Shown here: positions 48,621 to 58,575 of the stretch, one piece after another
How the letters are laid out: the number at the start of each line of letters is the position of its first letter
How positions within the stretch are numbered: position 1 is the stretch's first letter
IMG/VR virus record: IMGVR_UViG_3300045988_154248
Reading direction: 5' to 3' (one strand)
DNA from: a virus
DNA: 64,000 nt
Made by a program: the position numbers and the translations under genes
Notes under the pieces: generated by a model
What the model was told of the DNA's origin: nothing
Databases searched by the model: none
What the model saw: only the letters and a program-made list of their open reading frames with translations

Positions 48621-51600
48621 TTAAAAAATTTAGGTGATTTATTTGGTAGTTTTGGAGAATTAAACTTACTGAGAAATAAATATGGAAAAAACGCAACATT
48701 TGATACATTAAGCAGTACACTACAACAGTCTTTTAACGAGTCTTTTAAAGTTGGGAAAAATGGAATTAGTGAATTTTCCACAGAGCAAATTAAAACTAAA
48801 GCATCTGTAATGGGATTAAATGATGCGTTGACAAAACAAGCATTATCTCTTGCGAATGACGCTGGTTTATATCAAAAAGCTGCGGCAGGTAATCTTACAT
48901 TTAGTAAGGCTATAGAATTAAATATAAATAATGCAAGCGATTTAGTTGATGCCTTGATGAGTAGTAATTCTGAAGTCTTAAAAAAATATAAAGATAACGA
49001 TATTGCTGATATGATAGCTAATTCAGGTGAAAAAGGCAGCGCGGCATATAATGAGTTTGTTAAAGATCTCATCGATAAAAATCAAGATTTAGGGGACTCA
49101 ATCGTTGAATTAGCACCCAAAGTAGAAACTACAAAATCCGCATTTTCTGGTTTATCAAACTATTTTAAAGGACTTTTTGCTACATTTACAAATCCGATTT
49201 TCCTTTTAACGACAGCCGTTACCGTAGGGGTTGCGGCATGGCAAGGCTATAACCAATCTGTCCAGGAATCCATCCAGCACACGAAAGACTCAATAGCAGA
49301 AATAGAGGAACGTAATAAGTCTATTGACGACAATATCAGTAAAGCACAGGAACTAAGGGATTCCCTTGATTCCGGTACTCTTACAGAGCAAGAAGCTTAT
49401 AACACGAAGAGTCAATTGCTTGATATCCAAAGTCAATTATCTGATTCTTATGGAGAACAGGCGGATGGAATTGATCTGGTAAATGGTAAGCTGGATGAGC
49501 AGATCGAGAAGATGCAGCAGCTCAAAGTTGAAAATGCGAAAAGCTGGCTGAATGATTCGGATAATGAGAAGAATTACGAAAAAGCTAAGAAGAAGATGAC
49601 CAAAGATGATTATGAGTCATTCTTTGGAAATACACCTACTTTATCTTTACTTGGTAATGCACCAGAAAAAGCCGACTATACAAATTCAGACGTATATAAA
49701 GATGCACTGAAACGTTATCAAAATAGCAAATCCCAGATCGAAGAAATCCAGAAAGCAGCAGAAAAAGCCGGACTAAAACAGTATACAAGTACAAGCACAG
49801 GTCAGTTCCAGCTTGGTTTTGAAAATGAAACAGTAACAGGAGCAGATGAAAAATTAAACTCCTTCCTCGCTACTGTTAAAGAACTGAAACGGCAGTTTGA
49901 TGATGAGGGTAAAAATACTGATTACTTTGATAATATCATCAGTTCCGCCGAAGATGCCGAATCTTCTTATAAGGATATTTTAGACAAGCATCAAGAAGTA
50001 TATCAAGAGTATCTGAAAAACTCCATGCTTGCAGAGGGTTATGGTAATAATAAGCCAGCCACAGTATACCAGCAATATGCGGATGCTGTAGATAAATATA
50101 ATGAAGCCCTGCAAAGTGGAGATACATCTAAGGTCGAAGCAGCGAAAACTGCATTAGATGGCGTAAAAGATTCCGTAGATAATATTGTCAGTAGAGATTC
50201 CGGAAAAAAATACAAGGAACTGTTTGATGAGATTGCAGATGGTATTGACACAGCATCCGAAAAAACTTATGAGTTCAAAGAACGCTTATCCGGTAAAGGT
50301 ACAGATAAATTAAACAATACTGTGCTTTCTAAGCTCAAAGAGTTGAAGAATTACACAGATATTGACCTCAAGAGTATCAATCTTGATACAAGTGATGTTG
50401 TTGCTGGTAAAGATGCTCTACGCATGGCAGTAAACGAAGCAATGGATCTTGACATTGTTTCCGATGATTCTGCTGAAAGTGTGGCAAAAGTTGTTGATCT
50501 CTTAACGGATATGGGTATGACGGCAACCGTATCCATGAATCAAGTGGATGATTCCTTCTCAGAAGTCAATACTACCATTCAGCAAGCACAAGCAAATCTG
50601 GAAACGCTCAAGACGATTATGTCTGAATCTGTTTCGGGAGCAGGTATTTCTGCCGATAATGTGAAAGCATTTAAAGAAATGTTCGGAGATGATGCTGCGC
50701 GTGCTTTGGAGAAAACCGCAGACGGTTACCATATCAATCGTGAAGAGCTTGCAAAATTACAGGCGCAACAGTCAGAAATGAACAAAGCGGATTATCTTTC
50801 CGGTTTGGCAGATCAGCAGGAAGCTCTGAGACAAATCGAGGAGCAGATCGCCGATGCAATGGTAAAAGGTCAAGATGTCAGCGGCTTACAGGCACAGCGC
50901 GAAGGTATTTTGGATAATATTTCCTCTCTGGAGGATCTAGCATATCAGTATCAAACTGCTACTTCTGCTTATCAACAATGGCAGGATGCTATGTCCGGTG
51001 GTGAAGAAGGTAATATGTATGATTCCATCCAGGGTAACATGGAATCCATCAAAGATCTCTACGACAAAGGACTTGTGGGAGAAAACAAATTCCGAGAGTT
51101 TGTTGACCTTATGTCCAATAAGGATCTGACCAATGCCAGTGTGGATGAAATCGTTGCGGCTTATGAAGAATCCTATCCGAAGATGGAACGTTATTTTACA
51201 GAAGGACAGGAAGGATGTCAAGCATTCTTACAAGATATATCCAACCTTAATTCTGAATGGGCGCACATGAATGAAGATGGTTCATGGGAGATTAATTTCG
51301 GAGTCGGAAACGATCAAGAGATTGCGGATGCATTAGGAATTGATGTGGAAGCTGTACAATCAGTACTAAGAAAACTGCATGATTTTGGCTTTGACATCGA
51401 CCTCGATCAGCCGGTTAAATCTTTGGAACAACTAAAGACAGAAGCTCAATCAGCCAAAGAAGCTCTTGATGGAATGGGTGAAACTTCTCTTGATAGCATC
51501 AATTTGGACACAGATTCATTCAGTGAAATCACAGATGATATTGACAAGGTTAAGGAATATATTCAGCAGATCAATGATGCTGATTTGGAGCCAGAAGTTC

Positions 51601-54487
51601 GGACAGAGAGACTGGAGCAAGCCAATAATATTCTTGATTATCTGGTACAGAAACAGCAAGAGGCTGGACATACAGATATTATCATTGATGCGGATGCAAG
51701 TTCTGTCGATCAAAAGATCTCTGATCTGAAGAGTCAACTGGAGCAATTCAGAAACGAAGACGGTACGATTCCTGTTAATGCCGATACACAAGATGCTGTC
51801 AACAGTCTGCAATCTTTGTATGCTACGAAGCAAAATCTTGAAAATACACCAGCTATTCTACAGGTTGATACTTCGCAGGTTGACGGAGAACTGGGCAATG
51901 CGATCGGAAAATTACAGGAATATCAGAATGCTGTAGAGATTCTGAATGCACAGAACACGATGAAAACACAGGGCATCGACATTGATACCACAGATGCACA
52001 GCAGAAAGTACAACAGTTGGCAGGACAGCTACAGAATCTTGATGCTGATACGACAGCAAAGTTAGGTCTTGACGATACTGATTTTCAGTCGAAACTTTCT
52101 AATATTGCTACTCATCCGATTGATGTAGGAATAGGGGTAAATCTTGATCCGAATGCTCTTGCCGACGTCTCTGCAAAGATTTCTGGAATTACGCCAGAAT
52201 TACTTGTAAAAGCTGGTGTAAACGAAGAGGCGATTGTAAATTATACGCCGAAAGATAAGGACGCTACGGTCAAATACAAAGTTGACCATAGTGCGATTGA
52301 CAGTTATGATCCGGAAGACAAAAATGCTACGGTTACTTACGGTGTGGTTGTTTCTGGACTTGAAAATCTACCAGGTAATAAAACAAGAAGTCTGACTTAC
52401 AATATTAAGACTAATGGTACGGCTCCAAAAGTAAATGGTACGGCACATGCTATAGGAACAGCTCATGCGGCAGGTACTGCAAGCCGTAATTGGGGGCTTG
52501 CTCACAATGAACCACATGCGCTTGTAAATGAATTGAAACCAGAAGCAATCGTTCGGGATGGTAAGGCGTTTATCTTGAATGGCGGAGATCCTACTTTTGC
52601 AAATCTGAAGAAAGATGATGTTGTATTCAACGGTGATCAGACGGAGCAGTTGCTTGAACATGGTTATGTTACCGGTTCTCATGCACAACTTGCAGGTGGT
52701 GGTTATTCTTTAGGTAGTGCGTTCTCTGGAGGATCGGGAAGATTTAATGTTGGAAGTTCTGGAACAAAAGCTGATTCTTCCACATGGGAAGACGAAAAGA
52801 AACAGAATAATACCAGCCCTAACTCATCTTCTGGTAGCAGTAGTCGTAAAAACAGTGGATCATCTTCTGGTGGTTCAACTCGATCACCTTCCGGTGGAAG
52901 TTCTGGTGGCTCTTCATCCTCTTCTGATGCAAAGTCAACAACAGAAGAAGTAGTTGATTTTATCAAAATTATGCTCTCCCGTCTGTCCCGTATGACAGAG
53001 CTTGCAACTAATGCAATCGAACGTGCAGTAGGTCTTGCAAATAAACAAGCAGCCGCAGCAGATGCAATCGGTAAAGCAACGAATGAAATGGTTCATAACC
53101 AACGTGCAGCAGATGCTTATTTGGCAAAAGCTAATAGCATTAGTTTGTCTGATGCTTATAAGAACCAGATCATGAATGGTAGTATTAATATAGATACCAT
53201 CACAGATGAAGATCTGAAAAAGAAAATTAGTGACTTCCAAAGCTATTATGAATCTTACTTATCTGCAAGAGACAATGCGTTAAAGCTCGAAGATAAAATT
53301 ACCGAACTCGCTGAAAAACGTCTGGAAATCATTGAAAAAGAATATGATGCGATCGTAGACATCAACGATGCGATAAAAACCGTAGCCGATTCCAAAATTT
53401 CTCTCAACGATGCGCTGGGCGTGGCGATTGACAATCCAGACAATTATGCTAATCTGAATAATTCAATCAAAGCACAGGAAGATACTTATAATCAGCTGAC
53501 GAAAAAGCTTTCCGATTATCAGAAAGAGATGGAGTCTCAACTTTCCAGCGGCTTGATGCAAAAGGGTTCTGATGCCTATAATTCTGCGCTAAAAAATATT
53601 CAAGATTTTACAGCTAAGATTTATGATGCTTCTACCAGCCTTCTTGAACTACGGGATAAATTGGATCAGATTAAAATTGATACTATCCAGAATGTAATTG
53701 ACGGAATCAAACGTAATTCGGATATTACGGAGAAATATATTTCTTACCTGCAATCTCAGAATCGTGATGTGCCAGAGAATCTATACACTGACCGTATAGA
53801 TAATAATAACGCTCAGGTACAGCAGAATCTAAAGCAGATGGAAATATACCGGAAGAAACAGGCGGTTCTTGATGTCAATTCTAAATCGTATCAAGATTAT
53901 GCAGAAAAGATTCAAACGCTAAAAGAAAATACTTTGGAACTGATTACGGACAATGAATCTCTTCAAGATAGTATCTATGAGCTACGATTTAAGCCACTTG
54001 ACGATGCTATCCAGAAGTACAGTGACCTTGAAGATGAGCTGAAAAGTTTCCGTGACCTTCTGAATGATGATGCATTCCTTGATAAGCAAGGACGTATCAC
54101 GGAAGATGGATTGGCACAGATTGCTCTCTTACAACAGAGTATTGGTACGGCAAAACAAAAAATTGCAGATTATACCACGGGCCTGCAAAAACTAAAAGAG
54201 TCTTATGACAATGGGGTTATTTCCTTAACGGAATATAATGACAAGTCAAAAGATTACCGTGAAGGTATTCAAGGTTCGATTGCAGATGTGAAATCATATC
54301 AGGACAGTCTGGTTGATCTGTATAAGAATGCTATGAGTACAGAGGTTGATTATCTAACCTCTATTGTAACGAAGAGACAAGAGGCGCTTCAAGCAAAAGC
54401 TGACTATTATTCCTATGATAAATCAATATCCAAAAAGAGCAATGATATTAATGTTATTAAAGCACAAATCATGGCTTTAGAAGGGGT
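48621..54487 (+). CDS. tail tape measure protein, exon 3 of 4 (5' boundary 48618 or 48621)
   Basis: ~1955 codons of helical TMP-like sequence, with the GTAHAIGTAHAAGTA..LVNELKPEAIVRDGKAFIL motif typical of Bacillota TMPs and a Ser/Gly-rich linker. Ends ...IMALEG-V at U 54487. Confidence 0.7.
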
Positions 54488-55075
54488 GAAATATTTGCTC
54501 CTATAAAATCTATTTAATTGCGGGAAGTCCCCATAAGGTTTAATTGGCTACAACGTAACCAGAAACGGTAGGCGTGAATGCGGTAGAGTTTTAAACTTAC
54601 AGTCCATTATTAGATAGAAACCATAAAAATAATTAAACTAGGGATAACCGAGTGTGCAAGTCACTCAGACGCAGCGAACTTCCTAAGTCAGAAATGATAT
54701 GGAAGACGTTCAGAGACTAACCCATATTGGGTGGCGCAATGCCTTAATGGAAGACTGCAAGCGATTGGCGGTCGAAAAAATATAGACTATTTGAATATTA
54801 AGTGATATTATAATTTTGAGGTGTGTTCTTTCCTATAATTAGTGATGAACAGATAGAACACAGTGTAGATACAACCAAAGAGACTCTCGAACACACATAT
54901 GAGAGAAGTAAGTAGAAGAAAAGACAACGAAATAGAACAATAAAGAAGATTGTGCAAGTTTGTAGAAGTTATACGAACCATCGTTCGCATGTTTGTGAAT
55001 TTTGCGAATAGATTTTTCTCTTGGGATTGCATATAATAAAGTCAAGAAAACCGTAAAGTTTTCTTATAATTAGTG

Positions 55076-55173
55076 GTTACGAAGCCATAAAATCGTATTA
55101 ATAGATGTTACGAAGCATGTAAAAAATCGTATTAATAGATGTTACGAAGCATGTAAAAAATCGTATTAATAGC
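55076..55173 (+). ncRNA. toxI: ToxI/AntiQ-like antitoxin RNA: ~2.9 tandem repeats of 31-34 nt
   Basis: GTTACGAAGCcATAAAATCGTATTAATAGAT / GTTACGAAGCATGTAAAAAATCGTATTAATAGAT / GTTACGAAGCATGTAAAAAATCGTATTAATAG. TATAAT (55065-55070) lies 5 nt upstream of the first repeat. Confidence 0.75.
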
Positions 55174-55197
55174 GGAGCTGGTTACAGCTCCTTTATT
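55174..55197 (+). terminator. rho-independent terminator between the antitoxin repeats and toxN
   Basis: GGAGCTG-gtta-CAGCTCC followed by TTTATT. Same placement as in characterised ToxIN/AbiQ loci. Confidence 0.7.
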
Positions 55198-55213
55198 ACT
55201 ATTAGGAGAAAAT

Positions 55214-55774
55214 ATGAAGTGGATTAATGTAGACGAAAAGTATACAGATTATCTTAGAAGTCACGAAGGAAGAATTCCTATGACCAATTATGGCACAGAT
55301 AAATACAAGCCATTTTTCGGTGTGCTGTTTGAAACAAATGGTTTGTATTATATTACACAGGTATCACATCCACGGGAAAAACATAAACGCTTGACACAAC
55401 AAAAAGATTTTTACAAAATATTTGATCCAGATAATACAACAAGATTAATAGCGGTTGTTAATCTTAATTACATGTTCCCAATTCCAAAAGAATGTACAAG
55501 TGCATTTGTTAAAAAGAATATAGGAACATATCGTACATTTAAATCAGAGAAAGCAAAAAGTCAATATATTAATTTGCTTGATAAAGAATTAAAAGTAATC
55601 AATAAAATGGATTTAGGAACAAAAGCATTGCAGTTGTATCATTTAAAATATACAGATCCTAACAGTACCGTTTCAAAAAGATGTATTGATTTTAAGGATA
55701 TGGAAAAATGGGCAAAGTTATATATTGAAACGTTAAATAATACAGAAACTACAGAACAACCCAAGGAGCAGTAA
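55214..55774 (+). CDS. toxN: ToxN/AbiQ-family type III toxin endoribonuclease
   Basis: MKWINVDEKYTDYLRSHEGRIP...YKPFFGVLFETNGLYYITQVSHPREKH...IAVVNLNYMFPIP...RCIDFKDME follows the ToxN/AbiQ pattern (F..v...Y..YL / KP..GV..e..g..Y.a.lsSPK.KH / i.l..MiPv / C.nF..lE). RBS AGGAGAAAAT. Confidence 0.8.
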   Translation: MKWINVDEKYTDYLRSHEGRIPMTNYGTDKYKPFFGVLFETNGLYYITQVSHPREKHKRLTQQKDFYKIFDPDNTTRLIAVVNLNYMFPIPKECTSAFVKKNIGTYRTFKSEKAKSQYINLLDKELKVINKMDLGTKALQLYHLKYTDPNSTVSKRCIDFKDMEKWAKLYIETLNNTETTEQPKEQ

Positions 55775-55790
55775 ATCTACTGCTCTTTTC
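55766..55790 (+). terminator. rho-independent terminator after toxN
   Basis: GAGCAGTA-aatc-TACTGCTC followed by TTTTC; overlaps the toxN stop codon. Confidence 0.6.
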
Positions 55791-55917
55791 TTATACCTCA
55801 AATCTTAATTACAATCCCTCAAATAAAATTCAAATAGAAGATATAGTCCCATGCCATACGAAAGTATGGGGAGCAGTTATGCTCTTGTCCACGTAGCGAG
55901 TGGATGAAAAGAAAATG

Positions 55918-57409
55918 AAATAACCTCGATGCTCAATCTCAAGTTAAGAAATTGAAGCAACAGCTTTCAGAAGCAGAGCAAGATTTAGCCGATACTAAGC
56001 GTGACCATGCAAATGATATGCAGTCTCAAGGTTACGATAAGCTCAGTGAAGATCTGAAAACTTCTCTTGATGATACCGAGTACGAAATTAGTCATAATGC
56101 TGACAAACAGCTTGAGATCATCAATTCTATGCTTGACAAAGCCGTGTCCTCTTATCAAGAAGCATATGGCAAAATCAACTCTATCATCAAAAATACTGGC
56201 TGGGTAGGTAGTACGGATTTTAACAATACCCAGTCTGATCTAAGCACAGAGACAGGTGTTAAGAATCAAAATTCCAACGCATCACAGTCTCAGTCCAGTG
56301 CAAATAAAAATCCATCCAGTACCGCATCTGGTACAAAAACTGATCCAATCAACAGTAATTCAAAAGCAAACAGTGATCTTGCGGATCAATTAGTTAAACC
56401 GGAAGATACAACGAATCGTAAGGTTGCGGAACTAAAGGTGTCTCCTACTTCTACTACACTGAAAGAGGGTAAATCCACAAGTATTACTGCTACAATCAGA
56501 CCGAACGATGCAGCTAATAAGACTCTTGCTTGGAAATCAAGTAATGAATCCATTGCTACTGTATCCAATGGTACGGTAAAAGCAAAGAAAGCAGGTTCCT
56601 GCACGATCACTGCTACTACTACTGACGGCAGCGGTTTATCTGCGAAAGTATCTGTTAAAGTCAATGCGAAACCAAAACCACCAAAGCCACAGCCGAAACC
56701 ACAACCAGCAAAAACTGGTGGAGATGGAATTCCTCGTGTTGGCGATGTCGTAACGTTCACAGGATCTTATTATAATGATTCCTGGGGTATGGCTCCAAAA
56801 GGTAGTAGATTTTCCGGTCAGCCTGGTGCTGTTGTTATTGACTCTTACACGGCTAGGGAATATGGCGGAAATGGACGTACTACTGGTGATTTTAAGATCC
56901 ATATCAAGAGTGCGCATGATCCTAATTATAGTGATCTTGGATGGGTGCGTCTTAGCCAGATTAGTGGTTATGAAAAGGGTACGGATCGTATTCATGGTGA
57001 TCAGCTTGTATGGACAAATGAAAATAAAGACACCAAACATCATGGCGTTTCAGAATTAATCTATCGCAAGAAAGATGGTGCTGTCCTTACACCTGTTCAA
57101 GATGGAGATTCTATTCTACCAGCAGATTTTGTAAGTAATTTGATTAAATTAAGTGCAATTGATCCTAAAGAATTCGGTATGAATGTAAGTACTACGCCAA
57201 ATCTGGTACAGACGAACATTCCTCAAAATATCAGCAATGTTGGAAATGTAACGGTAAAAAATCATTATGATTCATTACTCACAGTTGAAGGTAATGTTGA
57301 TAGGGATGCTCTGCCTGGATTACAGGAAATTCTTGAAAAGTCTTATCAGTATACAAGTAAACAGATCGTGAAAGATGCAAGAAAAGTTGGTATTAGACCA
57401 TCAAGATGA
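55918..57409 (+). CDS. tail tape measure protein, exon 4 of 4 (Big_2 Ig-like + SH3-like C-terminal domains)
   Basis: In-frame continuation NNLDAQSQVKKLKQQL... Contains the Big_2-like VAELKVSPTSTTLKEGKSTSITATIRPNDAANKTLAWKSSNESIATVS..GTVKAKKAGSCTITATT, a PKPPKPQPKPQP linker and a beta-rich C-terminal domain. Confidence 0.7.
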
Positions 57410-57484
57410 CAAGCTATGGGAGGGTACTGTCAAAGGTACTCTCCTATTTCTATAACTATAACAAAATTTTTTGGAGGTGAGAAA

Positions 57485-58573
57485 ATGGCAAAAGAATTTA
57501 AAGATTTTACGTTTATGGGAAAGAAACTGAGTGATTTAAGTGTGAAATACGTATCTGTGGATTTTGATGGTGATGCAGATGTGAATATGGCAATGGAGAG
57601 GGATATGGAGACTGGAGATGCAAATCGTTATAAAGTGGAGCCGAATTACTTTTACGATAAGTGGAACGATACATTAGAATTCGAGCTTGATATTATTAAA
57701 GATCCATGCAAATTCACGAATCAAAATGATGCAGTAATTACAAAATCCGAACGTCGTGAAATCACGAGATGGCTAACTTCTTCTCACTTTCCAGAATGGT
57801 TAACTTTTTCGGGAACGGGCGATTCAGCAGATGATACAATTCGCTATTTTGGCTGGTTTAATAATATCGAATCTTACTCCGTTAATGCTCAAACATTTGG
57901 ATTAAAATTATATTTTAAATGCACAACGCCCTTTGGTTATACTGATAGTCTCGTAACAAGTGTATCATGTACCACATATAAAAATATTTTAATTGCCAAC
58001 AATAGTGACGAACTGAATAGTTATATCTATCCATCAATTGACATTATTCCAAAAGCAAATGGAGAAATATATATCTGTAATATGTCTGATGCGACAATTA
58101 ATCAGACGGGAACTCTCTCCTCTTCTAATACGAATTATCAGAGTCAACTGGTATCGCTGGTAAACACATATGCAAAATCAAACGCTTGTACCGTAGAATT
58201 CACGATTTCAGATTCTACAAAAGATATCGATTGGCATTGTAATAATACGCTCGCAAATTTTAAATTGGTTGATGTCTATGGTAACGAAACTTATCACACA
58301 GTATTTTACCGTACTGATTCCAAAGTATATTACATAATTGAAAATGGATTAATGCGGATGTCTGTATCCAAAGATTTAAAAGTATATCTTGATTGTCAGA
58401 AACTTACTATTAACGATGAATTAGGGAGAATGGTAACTTACGATAAATTAGGTATTACTGATGTAGCTTATATGTATTGGCTGCAGCTTTTGAACGGGAA
58501 CAATTCTCTTCTATTTTATGGTAATTGTGATTTTAAAGTTAAACATATTGAGTCTCGAAAGGTTGGTGGATAA
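57485..58573 (+). CDS. distal tail protein (Dit) (putative)
   Basis: ATG 57485 after GGAGGTGAG. MAKEFKDFTFMGKKLSDLSVKYVSVD is a typical Dit-like N-terminus. Lies between the TMP and Tal genes. Confidence 0.55.
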   Translation: MAKEFKDFTFMGKKLSDLSVKYVSVDFDGDADVNMAMERDMETGDANRYKVEPNYFYDKWNDTLEFELDIIKDPCKFTNQNDAVITKSERREITRWLTSSHFPEWLTFSGTGDSADDTIRYFGWFNNIESYSVNAQTFGLKLYFKCTTPFGYTDSLVTSVSCTTYKNILIANNSDELNSYIYPSIDIIPKANGEIYICNMSDATINQTGTLSSSNTNYQSQLVSLVNTYAKSNACTVEFTISDSTKDIDWHCNNTLANFKLVDVYGNETYHTVFYRTDSKVYYIIENGLMRMSVSKDLKVYLDCQKLTINDELGRMVTYDKLGITDVAYMYWLQLLNGNNSLLFYGNCDFKVKHIESRKVGG

Positions 58574-58575
58574 AC

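Larger units (their letters stand above)
54488..55917 (+). mobile_element. group I intron 3 (IC-like core) carrying a type III TA locus
   Basis: P1: exon AGGGGU pairs with IGS GCTCCT (54497-54502). Core elements nearly match the Tetrahymena-type consensus: P AATTGCGGGAAG (54516-), Q TCCTAAGTCA (54681-54690), R GTTCAGAGACTAA (54708-54720), S AAGATATAGTCC (55838-55849). Omega-G 55917 gives the in-frame junction ..ALEG-V-NNLDAQ.. Confidence 0.8.

Noticed and set aside
52790-52930. Ser/Gly-rich low-complexity tract in TMP exon 3 as a repeat element or hypervariable cassette
   Set aside because: No clear nucleotide periodicity was found. It looks like a flexible linker of the kind common in long tape-measure proteins.
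54800-55045. Minus-strand ORFs 54808-55032 and 54839-55045 inside intron 3 as a possible antisense gene
   Set aside because: The two ORFs overlap each other in different frames, have no RBS and are Cys/Leu/Ser-rich. They most likely reflect intron peripheral or promoter sequence for the toxIN cassette.
55076-55173. Short tandem repeats that could be mistaken for a mini CRISPR array
   Set aside because: The repeats are directly abutting with no spacers. They are followed by a terminator and a ToxN-like gene, so a type III antitoxin RNA is the better explanation. No cas genes are present in the window.
48872-57043. Numerous 60-135-aa minus-strand ORFs inside the TMP exons (e.g. 52703-52966, 56386-56760, 56636-57043)
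   Set aside because: They are antisense shadows of long, compositionally biased coding sequence (Ser/Gly or Pro/Lys linkers). They have no RBS and fully overlap the + strand CDS.
39878-57409. Inteins as the explanation for the interrupted tape-measure gene
   Set aside because: Each interruption begins with in-frame stop codons and contains non-coding structured RNA and independent genes, some on the opposite strand. No Hint-domain blocks (C/S...HN-C/S/T) were seen.
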